Source of the DNA: a virus
Taxonomy: Duplodnaviria; Caudoviricetes
DNA: 24,615 bases
IMG/VR virus record: IMGVR_UViG_3300020043_006257
Location: 1 to 24,615 of that record
Reading direction: 5' to 3' (one strand)
The position numbers were made by a program, and so were the translations under genes. Numbering within the stretch: position 1 is the first letter of the stretch; each line of letters starts with the position of its first letter. A model generated the notes under the pieces. The model had not been told where the DNA came from. It did no database searches and saw only the letters and a list, made by a program, of their open reading frames with translations. Shown here piece by piece: positions 7,741 through 16,838 of the stretch.

Positions 7741-7826
7741 CCCCAGCGCTTAGCCTTCCACCGGGCGCGCCTAGCCTGCCTAGCCTTCAGCCAAGCCAGC
7801 TTAGCCTTCCTAGCCTTTGGGGTCAT
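7725..7826 (-). CDS. putative cationic Trp/Lys/Arg-rich peptide (33 aa; 57 aa from the in-frame ATG at 7898)
   Basis: Manual translation MTPKARKAKLAWLKARQARRARWKAKRWGLKGL; CT-ATG-ACC start context; may instead be a non-coding repeat. Confidence 0.4.
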   Translation of the reverse strand: MTPKARKAKLAWLKARQARRARWKAKRWGLKGL

Positions 7827-8003
7827 AGACCCCCCTAGCTGCCCCTTGGCGGGGGGTATTGGGGCTGGTCTGGCTATCTGCCTAGGTTGCCGGGGCATAA
7901 GGCTTCCTAGCCCATCCTGCCAGCTGGGGTGGGCAAGCCTGCTTTAATAGCGCCTACCCCTGTTAAAGCCAACCAGCCCTGCCGTTAATAAGCACCGGGG
8001 CTA

Positions 8004-8273
8004 TTAACGCAGCCTGACGCGCCTATAGCCTTCCCGCCACAGGGCTTCCACCACCACTGCTGTCAGGTGACGCACCTTGGCTTCAGGCAGCTCCATATCC
8101 CCGCAGTGCAGGCTTTCGTGAACCAAAGTGTTTAGCCTGCTGCGCTCAGTCTTATGGTCAGGGTCAATCCTGATCTCATACCTGTTGCCGCCCAAAGGCT
8201 CAGCTTCACCCCAGCAGTCTTCTGCCGTAAGGTCAGCTTCCACTATCTTAAGTTTTTTCTTGGTCTTAGCCAT
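8004..8273 (-). CDS. small HExxH zincin-like metalloprotein
   Basis: WG..IRID..RLNTLVHESLH motif followed by a downstream Glu (PEAKV). Confidence 0.7.
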   Translation of the reverse strand: MAKTKKKLKIVEADLTAEDCWGEAEPLGGNRYEIRIDPDHKTERSRLNTLVHESLHCGDMELPEAKVRHLTAVVVEALWREGYRRVRLR

Positions 8274-8604
8274 TGGCGGCAGGCTTCCACATCCTGTATG
8301 CCAGCGCGCCCCCTATCAGCAAGCAGCCAAAGGACAGCGCAAGGCTGATGTCCCGGCAAGTAATCAGCGCCCGGGTCGCGCTGCTGAGATCAGACTGCAG
8401 GCGCTTGCTGTCTGAAACGAAACCACCAGCTTGGTCAGGTGTGCTGAGCAGCACCATAAAGTCAGCCCTATGTATGCTGGTAAGGATAAAGTCTGCGGTC
8501 AGGTAAAGGGTCAGACCACACAAGCCTGAGATCACAACGCAGCCCACCACTGCCAGCAGCAGGTTATGGGGATTAAAGCGCAGTCTGGCTTTCTCACTTG
8601 GCAT
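8266..8604 (-). CDS. two-TM membrane protein (lysis-cassette associated)
   Basis: Start re-called at ATG 8604 (MPSEK); hydrophobic segments LLLAVVGCVVISGLCGLTLYL and ISLALSFGCLLIGGALAY. Confidence 0.65.
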   Translation of the reverse strand: MPSEKARLRFNPHNLLLAVVGCVVISGLCGLTLYLTADFILTSIHRADFMVLLSTPDQAGGFVSDSKRLQSDLSSATRALITCRDISLALSFGCLLIGGALAYRMWKPAANG

Positions 8605-8989
8605 TTTTCTTTCCCTTTCTGCCGGGGGTCTTGACTGCCTTGGCTGGTTTAACTTTGGCTTGGGCTTCCTGCACCTTGGCTGACATTTTAGCCTTAAGGA
8701 ATTGCAGACCATACTGCTGGATTTCAGGGGCGGCAAACCCTGCAAGACCGCAAATGCAAACCCGCAGGTTTTCATCCTGCACATAGCTCCTGCTAAGGTG
8801 GTTCATAAAGTAGGCAGTCACGCAAGCTGCCACAGCTGAGCGCAGCAGGAATCCCCAGCTAGCCCGGTCAGGTGACATAAGCTGACGCGCTACCAACGCG
8901 CACCCGCCAAGGGCTGCAGCTATGATCCCTTGCTTCAGGGCTTCATCCCCTGTGACTGACTCAAAGCCTGTGGTAGGGGCGGCGCTCAT
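8594..8989 (-). CDS. putative holin
   Basis: Up to three hydrophobic segments (GIIAAALGG, LLRSAVAACVTAYF, ICGLAGFAAPEI) and a strongly basic C-terminal tail; follows the tail genes. Confidence 0.65.
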   Translation of the reverse strand: MSAAPTTGFESVTGDEALKQGIIAAALGGCALVARQLMSPDRASWGFLLRSAVAACVTAYFMNHLSRSYVQDENLRVCICGLAGFAAPEIQQYGLQFLKAKMSAKVQEAQAKVKPAKAVKTPGRKGKKNAK

Positions 8990-9768
8990 TACTCAGGTGG
9001 GTTGGCAGGGTCAGCTGGCTTGGCTTCCACCTTTGCCGCAGGGAACAAATAGCGCCAGCCCTTGATGCTGACGGCAACCATACCTTGCAGGGCGGCAAGA
9101 CCTACCAGCGTAAAGATACCTATGATGAGATAATTGAAGGCAGGGCTGTCCATCACCCAAGTCAGGCTGCTGGTCAGGATGCCCCCTAAGATTACCAACC
9201 CGGCGCTGAGCTTACTGACACCCACCCAGCTGCCAAAGGCTAGCAGCGCCACACCTAGCGCGATCATCCCAGCGCCTAGGATGCTGAGCTGCTGGGCTAT
9301 CTTGTCCTTGCGCGCCTGCCTTATGGCTTCATCCCTGTCAGCCAGCTGGCGCTTAAGCTCAGTGATCTCAGCAGCGGACTGCTTCTGCTGCGTTTCCATC
9401 TTAACCCACAGCCCATCAAGCTCAGTCTTCAGCTTAACCCCATACGCCTTGGCTTCAGCGTATGCCTTGGGGTCTTGCTGCTGGATACGCTGACGCACAT
9501 AGGCAAGGCTTTCAGGGTCTGCCGGGGGCAGATAGCTGGCGGCAACAGACAGCTCAGCTTCCACTGCCACAGGCTTGCCGTCAGCGTTGGCTTCACGCGC
9601 GCCTTGGATGCTGGCAGAAACGCGCTGGTCAGCCTTGTCCTGCTTGGTGCCAAAGGTGGCTGTGCTGTCCTTGACCGGGACAGGCGCAGGCTCAGGCGCT
9701 GGCGCGTCAGCCTTCTTAGGGGTGCAGCCTGCCAAGGCTACTGTGATGAGCAGCCAAAGCAGGCGCAT
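8989..9768 (-). CDS. lipoprotein with coiled coil and three C-terminal TM segments (unimolecular-spanin-like)
   Basis: Lipobox LAG-C at residue 14, Pro-rich linker, helical/coiled-coil body, three hydrophobic stretches near the C-terminus. Confidence 0.6.
   Translation of the reverse strand: MRLLWLLITVALAGCTPKKADAPAPEPAPVPVKDSTATFGTKQDKADQRVSASIQGAREANADGKPVAVEAELSVAASYLPPADPESLAYVRQRIQQQDPKAYAEAKAYGVKLKTELDGLWVKMETQQKQSAAEITELKRQLADRDEAIRQARKDKIAQQLSILGAGMIALGVALLAFGSWVGVSKLSAGLVILGGILTSSLTWVMDSPAFNYLIIGIFTLVGLAALQGMVAVSIKGWRYLFPAAKVEAKPADPANPPE
9027..9049 (-). promoter_or_regulatory. putative late promoter motif upstream of the holin
   Basis: TTTGTT-N7-GCAA-AGGT-G. Confidence 0.5.
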
Positions 9769-9771
9769 AGC

Positions 9772-9900
9772 TTACTTGCCGCGCAGCTTGCTGACCAGCT
9801 CCTTAGCCTTGGCGGTCAGGGCTTGAAGTCTGGCAGGGTTATTGGCGAACACCAGCAGCCCGGTCAGGAAGCCAGCAAGGAAGGTGATGAGATAACACAT
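9772..9900 (-). CDS. small N-terminally anchored membrane protein (42 aa, below the ORF-track cutoff)
   Basis: Manual translation MCYLITFLAGFLTGLLVFANNPARLQALTAKAKELVSKLRGK; fills the gap between neighbours. Confidence 0.75.
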   Translation of the reverse strand: MCYLITFLAGFLTGLLVFANNPARLQALTAKAKELVSKLRGK

Positions 9901-9907
9901 AGGGAAA

Positions 9908-12361
9908 TCAAGGAGTAGAAACCAAGATCATAGGCATCCTGTATGTGCTGCCGCCAAAGGAGATCAGAAGATCGTGAGTGTTTGACCCGGCAGCGTGTGT
10001 CTGGGTGCCATTGACCTTGAATTGAGAAGTGCCGTTGAAGGTGATACTGTCAGCTTTGATAGCGCCAATAATCTCAACCTTGTTTGTGGCAGTAAAGGAG
10101 GCAGGATTAACACCCACCCCAAGATTTCCAGAAGCATCTACCAAGAAAGCAGTGCCGTCAGGATTGGCTGAGTCTTCCACCACAAAGGCAGCACCTGTGC
10201 CGGACTGCGTGACTCTCAATGCTGTGCTTGTGCTAGTCACATTGACTGTCTGAACGGCAGTAAAGGTATTACCATTCTGCAGGGTGGCAATCGTCCTGTT
10301 CACCCCAGACCCATCCTTGAAAAATAAATTGGTCTGACCCATCCACACATCACCATTAACCCCGGGTGTTGGGACTGAGGCAGAAGGTGGAATGTTTAAG
10401 GGCGCGTTAGTGATTGATCCAGAAGTGGTGATCGAAAGGTTGATTTTACCTGCAAGTGTTCCACCAGAAATGGGAAGGGGTCTGCTTGTGGTTGTCGTTC
10501 CGTCAGACCATAAAATCCCTGTTGGGCGATAGCGGACAGTCCCTGAGACAATAACATTTTGCGAGTTAACAAAATACAGCCCTTGGGTCATATTAATCTT
10601 AAACCCATTATCTGAGTTTAAGCTAACATTTCCCTCACCATCGTCAGTATATTCGCGCCGCCAGCAAACTACTTCAGAAGTATTTGCATATAAAGTCTCG
10701 GCAAACCCTACCTGTGTCCCATTTTGTGTGGTATCAGATTTTAATTGAATATAAGAGGGATGCAATTTGCTGTCATAAAACTGTGGATCATCAATGGGGA
10801 CTAAATTGACCATTGGAAAATTAACCACAGCACCTGAAACAATCCCAGCTGTGGCTTGATTTGAACCATCAGGAAAAGTCAGACCACCACCATTGGGAGC
10901 AAGCACAAACCTACCATCATAAGGGGTGAACCTGTGAAGGTAATGCGTCCCAGCTCCTGTGTCATTATATGAGTCAATAACCAGATCAGCATTTAACTGA
11001 TTTCCAATTATGGGTGCTGTGATTGTGCCTGTGAAATCAGCACCACCAAACTCAACCTTGGACTCAAGCGCAGCCTGTAATCCGTCCACATCAGCAATTG
11101 TGTGGGTATGGATAAGGTCAGCCTTGGCATCAAGCGCGCTAGTATCTGCCTTAAGCGCAAGGGCAGTATCCACTTCCCCGGTGCTATACACACCAAGGTT
11201 AGTGCGCATAGTGGCAGCAGTGCCGTCAGCTAGGTTTTGGCTCAGCTTGAAGTAGCGCCCATCAGCTGTGGTCTGGGAAAGGTAGGTGTCTAAGACCAAA
11301 GGCTGAAGCGCCCCAACATCAATAACTGCGTTATGAAGGGTGCAGGGGATTTGCAGGACAGTCAGCGTCTTGCTTTCACTTGTGATCTCAACCTCTAGGG
11401 TTGTCTCAACTGCGGGCGCACCATCAAGCAGGCTGATTGCCTCAGCTGTGTTAAGGTTCAGCTCACCCTTGTAACCTGAATAAGAAAGCAGACCAGCTGC
11501 GCTGGCTGTCAGTCCGTTAGTCCCGGGCTGGGTTGTAACGCTGATGTCATAGGCATAAGCCTTGACCTGCGTGACGCTGACCTTTCCGGCAAGCGCGTCA
11601 ATGTTCAGCGCGTTTTGCACATCAAGGGCAGTAGCTCCTACGCTGATAGCTGAAGTGCTTACATCAGTCCCGGTCTGCGCGTCAAAGGCTAGGCTGAAGC
11701 TACCACCCTTGGGGTCAGGGCTGATGCTGACACGATAGGTAGCCTTACTGCCGTCCCAAGCTGTCAGGGCATCTACTGTGATAGCGCTGGCAGTAGTGGG
11801 GGTGAAGCTTGTGGCAAGTCCGGCAACAGTGCGCTGCAGGTGGACAAGGTAGATAGTTGGTTTAGTGGCATCCCCTGTCTGTAAGGTAGCTACAGCTGCA
11901 GTGCTAAGGGGGATAAGCGCGGCACCATCAGTGGTAAGCTCAGTGCGCGCACCATTGGAATTGAATACAATGTTATAATTGTCACCGATCTTGCTTACAG
12001 CCACACCACCTGCCGCAGTGATGCTGGCTAGCAGGTTAAGCGCAGCCTGAACAGCTGCAGGGGTGGCGTTATAGGCAAGGGCTGTGGTGGTATCCCCGCC
12101 ATAGGAAAGCTTCCAAGTCCCGGCAAGGGGGCTTTCATCAATCGCGCCCACTGCAACCTTGATACCCGGGGAAGTGGGGAAACCAATTTCTTGCCGGGGG
12201 TAGGCGCTAAGCCCTGTGTCTTCCACAAGGTAAAGCTCAATCGTGGCAGTGTCCCCAAGGGTAAAGACCGGGTTGGTCAGGCTGGATGTGCCTGAGAAAT
12301 TGCCAAAGGCATTACCTGTGCGCGGGTCAATAAATAGCTTAATGGCAGAAGGCAGGGGCAT
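9908..12361 (-). CDS. tail fibre / receptor-binding protein (817 aa)
   Basis: Thr/Gly/Ser-rich; two repeats (GTWKLSY..VQAALN and GSFSLAF..VQNALN); phage tail repeat HTHTIADVDGLQAAL; last gene of the tail module. Confidence 0.75.
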   Translation of the reverse strand: MPLPSAIKLFIDPRTGNAFGNFSGTSSLTNPVFTLGDTATIELYLVEDTGLSAYPRQEIGFPTSPGIKVAVGAIDESPLAGTWKLSYGGDTTTALAYNATPAAVQAALNLLASITAAGGVAVSKIGDNYNIVFNSNGARTELTTDGAALIPLSTAAVATLQTGDATKPTIYLVHLQRTVAGLATSFTPTTASAITVDALTAWDGSKATYRVSISPDPKGGSFSLAFDAQTGTDVSTSAISVGATALDVQNALNIDALAGKVSVTQVKAYAYDISVTTQPGTNGLTASAAGLLSYSGYKGELNLNTAEAISLLDGAPAVETTLEVEITSESKTLTVLQIPCTLHNAVIDVGALQPLVLDTYLSQTTADGRYFKLSQNLADGTAATMRTNLGVYSTGEVDTALALKADTSALDAKADLIHTHTIADVDGLQAALESKVEFGGADFTGTITAPIIGNQLNADLVIDSYNDTGAGTHYLHRFTPYDGRFVLAPNGGGLTFPDGSNQATAGIVSGAVVNFPMVNLVPIDDPQFYDSKLHPSYIQLKSDTTQNGTQVGFAETLYANTSEVVCWRREYTDDGEGNVSLNSDNGFKINMTQGLYFVNSQNVIVSGTVRYRPTGILWSDGTTTTSRPLPISGGTLAGKINLSITTSGSITNAPLNIPPSASVPTPGVNGDVWMGQTNLFFKDGSGVNRTIATLQNGNTFTAVQTVNVTSTSTALRVTQSGTGAAFVVEDSANPDGTAFLVDASGNLGVGVNPASFTATNKVEIIGAIKADSITFNGTSQFKVNGTQTHAAGSNTHDLLISFGGSTYRMPMILVSTP

Positions 12362-12380
12362 AAGGCTTTGGCTGTGGTTT

Positions 12381-12401
12381 CAATTTTGCGGAAAGGTCAA
12401 A
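12381..12401 (-). promoter_or_regulatory. putative late promoter motif upstream of the tail fibre
   Basis: TTTGAC-N6-GCAA-AATT-G in the intergenic gap. Confidence 0.6.
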
Positions 12402-12404
12402 GGG

Positions 12405-14294
12405 TCAGGGAAGGATCACTTCAGTAACGATAAAGTCTTTGATGAAAACAAGTGAGTTATCAGGGACTGTCCCCGGGTCAGGCGGGCTTTGTCCCGGCAG
12501 CTCAGCCTGTGAAGTGATCTGAAAATCCAGAAACTTGATAGGCTCCCCCTTTGCGTTGTCTTCATCAAGGGTCACTTCCCAAGGGATTTCCCCGCCGTCA
12601 TATTCAAGGACTTCATACTTATAATTAAAATACTCATCAAAATAAAGCTGAGCTTGGCACCTGAAGACAAAGCTTGGGGTCACCCCTACAAAGTTTTTAG
12701 ACTCATCAAATGAGTTTGTCCCTTGCTGGGAATAAAGACCATAAGCTGAAACGCTTGGGAACAGTCTCTTAATGCCAAGCTTGATAACACCTTTGATTTT
12801 AGCGCCTATGATGGTTGTCTTAGGCAGACCTGTTTGCGGGTCAGTCCCGATCACTCTCTTACTGTTCCAATCACAAAGCTCAGCATTTACTTCCATACGC
12901 CACCAAGCCTGCGCTTCAAAGCTGCTTTGGGTGTTGAATAGATCAGCAGTGTATGAGGCAGGCGCGGCAGCAAATCCGAAAAACTGTGTAGGATTGGTGT
13001 AATCCCCGCCTTCATATTCCCATTGTCCAAAACAAATCTGGTTGCCGGGGGTATGATCATACACCCTTACGGACTCAATGCGGGTCTGCTTAGCCACAAA
13101 GCTAAAGGGATAACGCTTGCGTATCTCCTTTGTCATTTTGAAGGCAGTGGATTGGAATATGCCACCATAGCCATTACTTGAGGATGGTGGGGTGTTGCTG
13201 TCCCAATACCATCCTTTGATCACAGGTGCCACCCCTTCATCAATTCTGACTGTAAATGGGAAAGGCAAATAATCCTTGGAAGGGTCTGGCTCAAACAAAG
13301 GATTTAACGGAAGTGGCGCGCTTTGGTTTGGCTGGTGCTTTGTCCAGACCCAGCTGCCGGGTGTGCTGCCCCTGTTATTGATAACAGGGTTTCCCTTATC
13401 ATCAGTCAAAGTAGGGTAACCAATCGGAAACCCTGAAGGCATACTTAATGTGCCGTATTTCTGGAAGTAGTTAGATGGGAACCTATACCTGTAATCAAAG
13501 CTTTCATTCCTTTCAAAGTCATACGCAGCAGAAGACGGCAGGCGCGGGTGAAATTTAGGATCAAGCTCCAACCCGGTCAAAGGCTCAAAGGGTGTCTGGT
13601 CTTCAGGTGGGCGGTCTGCTTCCTTGTAATAAGTGGTTTTGGAATATGTGACAGGAAGCGGGTGCAGCTCAGAAATATAAGACTCAAAGCCAGCAGCATT
13701 TTCATCATACCCTGTATTAGTCACATAGGAATTAATGCCATTATAATTCTCCTCATCAGTATAGAATGTGTGACCAATAGCACCACCCTGCCAATAATTC
13801 AAAGCCAGCGCGTCAGCTGTGGGGTCTTGGCTTTCATAGCCAATCTCACCTTCACCTGAAGCATTGGCATTTCCTGTGTAGCTGTAAAGCAACCCGGTCT
13901 TAAGGGGGCGCATCGTGATCTGGATGCTAGGAAAAGACCCGCTGACACCTGCCGTGACATCACCCTTCACCTTCAGGATGAGCTTGGGATCAACAGGCTT
14001 CTCAGGGTCTTCAGGGTCTGGCTCAGTCTGCAGGTCACTGTAATTAGTCCAGCAGCCAATAGACACAGCCAGCGCGCCCCCGCCGTCATTCACCCCATCA
14101 TCAGGCTTAGTGTCCGTATAGTTGATGGTAACTATGTTGTTTCCCGGGTCGCGCGTCTTATTGGCAACGCAGTCAGTCCAATCAGTGCTAGTCTCAGTCA
14201 TAGCTTCAACTGATGGATCAGACCTGCCAACGCCTACCTCACAGGCGCAAGCGCCTACCCTGTGGGGTATGCCAAAACAAATGCGCGCTGCCAT
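12405..14294 (-). CDS. large tail-associated protein (tail tip or adsorption)
   Basis: Lies between the tape measure and the fibre; rich in aromatic residues and Pro; start re-called at ATG 14294, just after the upstream stop. Confidence 0.6.
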   Translation of the reverse strand: MAARICFGIPHRVGACACEVGVGRSDPSVEAMTETSTDWTDCVANKTRDPGNNIVTINYTDTKPDDGVNDGGGALAVSIGCWTNYSDLQTEPDPEDPEKPVDPKLILKVKGDVTAGVSGSFPSIQITMRPLKTGLLYSYTGNANASGEGEIGYESQDPTADALALNYWQGGAIGHTFYTDEENYNGINSYVTNTGYDENAAGFESYISELHPLPVTYSKTTYYKEADRPPEDQTPFEPLTGLELDPKFHPRLPSSAAYDFERNESFDYRYRFPSNYFQKYGTLSMPSGFPIGYPTLTDDKGNPVINNRGSTPGSWVWTKHQPNQSAPLPLNPLFEPDPSKDYLPFPFTVRIDEGVAPVIKGWYWDSNTPPSSSNGYGGIFQSTAFKMTKEIRKRYPFSFVAKQTRIESVRVYDHTPGNQICFGQWEYEGGDYTNPTQFFGFAAAPASYTADLFNTQSSFEAQAWWRMEVNAELCDWNSKRVIGTDPQTGLPKTTIIGAKIKGVIKLGIKRLFPSVSAYGLYSQQGTNSFDESKNFVGVTPSFVFRCQAQLYFDEYFNYKYEVLEYDGGEIPWEVTLDEDNAKGEPIKFLDFQITSQAELPGQSPPDPGTVPDNSLVFIKDFIVTEVILP

Positions 14295-14295
14295 A

Positions 14296-14787
14296 TCAGA
14301 TATGGGAAAACCAATAATCCACTTGGTTGCCGCATTGGAAACGCTCACCCCATATGCTGCCTGTCACAAGCTGGTTAATCGTCATAGAAGGTGGGGACTC
14401 AGGAACAGTAATGATGTCCACCTTTGCCAGCGCGACATAAGCCATAGTATTATCATAGCCGGGGACTGTTGCCTGAAAGCTGATGGTAGGGACATCAGCA
14501 GGAAATGTGTCTGCTGAGTCTTCACTTGCTGGGACTTCTAAGACAATAAACCCACTTGAAGTAGGCTTTGGAAGGTATGCGTTATCAGTCCCGATTTCTG
14601 AACCATCAACAGTGGGGAGCTGATTATTGATTGTGCCTTTTGTGATGCGCAGGATAGCTGTGCCTTCAGCTGTGCTGTCCTCATAGACGCTGAAGGGTGT
14701 GCTGACCTGAGCTGGCGCAGTGTCAATAATCAGGGAAGCGCCGCGCCCATCATTTATGAAAGTATATCCTATGCCGGGTTGGATCAT
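14296..14787 (-). CDS. minor tail protein
   Basis: Synteny; MIQPGIGYTF start; beta-rich and acidic. Confidence 0.55.
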   Translation of the reverse strand: MIQPGIGYTFINDGRGASLIIDTAPAQVSTPFSVYEDSTAEGTAILRITKGTINNQLPTVDGSEIGTDNAYLPKPTSSGFIVLEVPASEDSADTFPADVPTISFQATVPGYDNTMAYVALAKVDIITVPESPPSMTINQLVTGSIWGERFQCGNQVDYWFSHI

Positions 14788-14795
14788 AGCGTTAA

Positions 14796-15512
14796 TCAGT
14801 TTTGTTTGGCATACACCTTGTTATGATAACCACCCGGGCTGATGCGTATAAGGAAACTGATCTTATACAGGTGGGCATATTTTTCATAGCTAAGTCCGGC
14901 AAGCATAGCGAACCTATCGTGAAATGCGCTGATACTTTGATTGCCTGTAGGCAGCACCACATCCTGCATACCAGCCATAGTCAGAAAGACCTTGCCCACC
15001 ATATTGACCCCATCCTGAACCTCAGATTTATTGGTGGTGTAGTATGTGGCATTAATAGAGCTGTCAGCTGTGATGAAGGACTTGATCCCAACCAAGCCAT
15101 TCTGCACAGCTTGCGCATTGGTATCAGGAAAGCTTTGGCTCTTACTGTCCCAACCCAGACCTTTCAGCGTTTTAATGAAATCCTTATGGGATTGGATAGG
15201 CTGCTGCGCTGTTGCCACATCACCCTTGATCTGGATGGTCGTGCGGTCACCTGTCTCAATGCCAACATAGTCACTAGTAATCATAGCCCATCCACCCTTA
15301 ACAATCGTGTAGGTTGACCTATGGCACTTAAGCCTGCCGTCCATAGGGTGCGCATCCCCGGTCTTAGGCGCTTTGGCTGATGCGCTTGAGCTGTCACACT
15401 TGAAGCTAAGCTTTGATGTCAGAAGACCATAACCATCACTTTCAATGATCCAATCAGGCTGCAACTCTAGGCTGCTGCCATTATACCCTTTCTTAATCAG
15501 TTTGGTTGTCAT
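14796..15512 (-). CDS. tail tip/hub protein following the tape measure
   Basis: Synteny (distal-tail position); beta-rich. Confidence 0.55.
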   Translation of the reverse strand: MTTKLIKKGYNGSSLELQPDWIIESDGYGLLTSKLSFKCDSSSASAKAPKTGDAHPMDGRLKCHRSTYTIVKGGWAMITSDYVGIETGDRTTIQIKGDVATAQQPIQSHKDFIKTLKGLGWDSKSQSFPDTNAQAVQNGLVGIKSFITADSSINATYYTTNKSEVQDGVNMVGKVFLTMAGMQDVVLPTGNQSISAFHDRFAMLAGLSYEKYAHLYKISFLIRISPGGYHNKVYAKQN

Positions 15513-16838
15513 TTAAGCAGTTGTTAAAGTTTTGGTGAAATTGGTAGATGCTGGGTATTCAGGCAGGGTCTTGACATTCAGCTTCTGCAGCTCGATCAGG
15601 ATAGCTTGTGAAATGTCCAGCTGCTTCTGCTGGATGTCCAAGGCATTGACCATAGCTTCCCCGGCAAGACCGCCCCCAATGTCGCGCAGGCTTGAGACAG
15701 TCAGCTTGCCTGTGCCTGCAGCGTTTTCCTCATCAAGCTTAGCCTTAGCGTCAAGCGCTTCAGCTAGGTCTTTCCTTTCCTTTTCTTTCTTCGCCTTGTC
15801 AGCTTTGTCAGCAGCTTCATCAGCTTTCTTGCCGTCTGCCTCACCTGTCTTGGTGGCATCAGCAATAGCCTGCTCAGCAAAGTCCTGCGCTTCTTTCTCA
15901 GCTGCGATTGCATCAGCAGTCTGTTTCACGCGCTCAGCTGCAGCCTCATTAGCAGTCTTGTCAGCTGCCTTCTGATCCTCGGCGCGCTTCTTCAGGATTT
16001 CACTGACGCGCTTCTGCACTTCTTCCATAGAAGCTAGCGCGCCTGTGCTAGCGCCGCCATAACCAGAGCTTGCAGCATATTGACCCACCAAAGTCATTCC
16101 CTCCGGGTCAGTCTCTAAGAAGCGCTTGGTCACTGCTTCTTTAGCGTCATTATATTCCTCACGCGCCTTGGTGCGTCTTTCCTGAGCCTTGGCTTCACGC
16201 AACACGGCAGCTTCTTCCTCAGTCAGTCCTTCAGTTTCAACAAAGCCTTCCTTTAGTTTGGCTGCTTCACGCAGCGCAGGCAGAAGCTCTTTAGCCATAG
16301 TCTCACCAAGCAGGGCTGTGGCTATCTTCATAGCGTCAGCTTCACTAGAAGCCCCGGCGATAGCTGTCCCCATACGCTCAATAACGGCAATAGCTTCAAT
16401 GTTTCCCTTAGCCACATCTTCTGCGGCAAACCCAAGCGCGTCCCTTAGTATCTTGCCAGCGTCACTTAGCGGGTCTTTCGCATCCTCAATCATCTTGGAA
16501 GCCTCTTGGTAAAGCTTGCCCACCTTGCTTATGGCAACCCCAGACTCATCAGCTGCACCCTTCAGGCGCTGCCAGACTTCTACGCTAACACCAATGTCAG
16601 CTGCCTCATCCTTTAGCTTGGATGCGTTTTCAGTGGCAGCTTCAATACGCTTGTTATATTCCTCAATCTTATCCCCAATCAGTCCAATGCCTGTCTGCAT
16701 CAGCGTCAGGGGCGCGGCAAAGGATAGGAAGGACTTAGCCACATCCTTCCCAAAGTCCTTGATCTTCTTATTGACTGTCTCAACTGCAGCGCTGGCTTGG
16801 TCTTTAGCGCTAATGTTAAACTCTAGACCTAGGGACAT
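15513..16838 (-). CDS. tape measure protein (441 aa)
   Basis: N-terminal FNISAKDQAS, Ala/Glu/Lys-rich helical body, SSLRDIGGG near the C-terminus; follows the tail chaperone. Confidence 0.8.
   Translation of the reverse strand: MSLGLEFNISAKDQASAAVETVNKKIKDFGKDVAKSFLSFAAPLTLMQTGIGLIGDKIEEYNKRIEAATENASKLKDEAADIGVSVEVWQRLKGAADESGVAISKVGKLYQEASKMIEDAKDPLSDAGKILRDALGFAAEDVAKGNIEAIAVIERMGTAIAGASSEADAMKIATALLGETMAKELLPALREAAKLKEGFVETEGLTEEEAAVLREAKAQERRTKAREEYNDAKEAVTKRFLETDPEGMTLVGQYAASSGYGGASTGALASMEEVQKRVSEILKKRAEDQKAADKTANEAAAERVKQTADAIAAEKEAQDFAEQAIADATKTGEADGKKADEAADKADKAKKEKERKDLAEALDAKAKLDEENAAGTGKLTVSSLRDIGGGLAGEAMVNALDIQQKQLDISQAILIELQKLNVKTLPEYPASTNFTKTLTTA

Noticed and set aside
7741-7820. 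CRISPR-like or mini-array interpretation of the TAGCCT repeats
   Set aside because: The units are only 6-9 bp with no unique spacers of CRISPR length.
8605-8784. N-terminal extension of the 172-aa ORF 8266-8784
   Set aside because: It overlaps the holin-like gene out of frame; ATG 8604 gives a normal short overlap.
9908-14294. Diversity-generating retroelement target in the tail genes
   Set aside because: No reverse transcriptase and no template/variable repeat pair were seen in this window.
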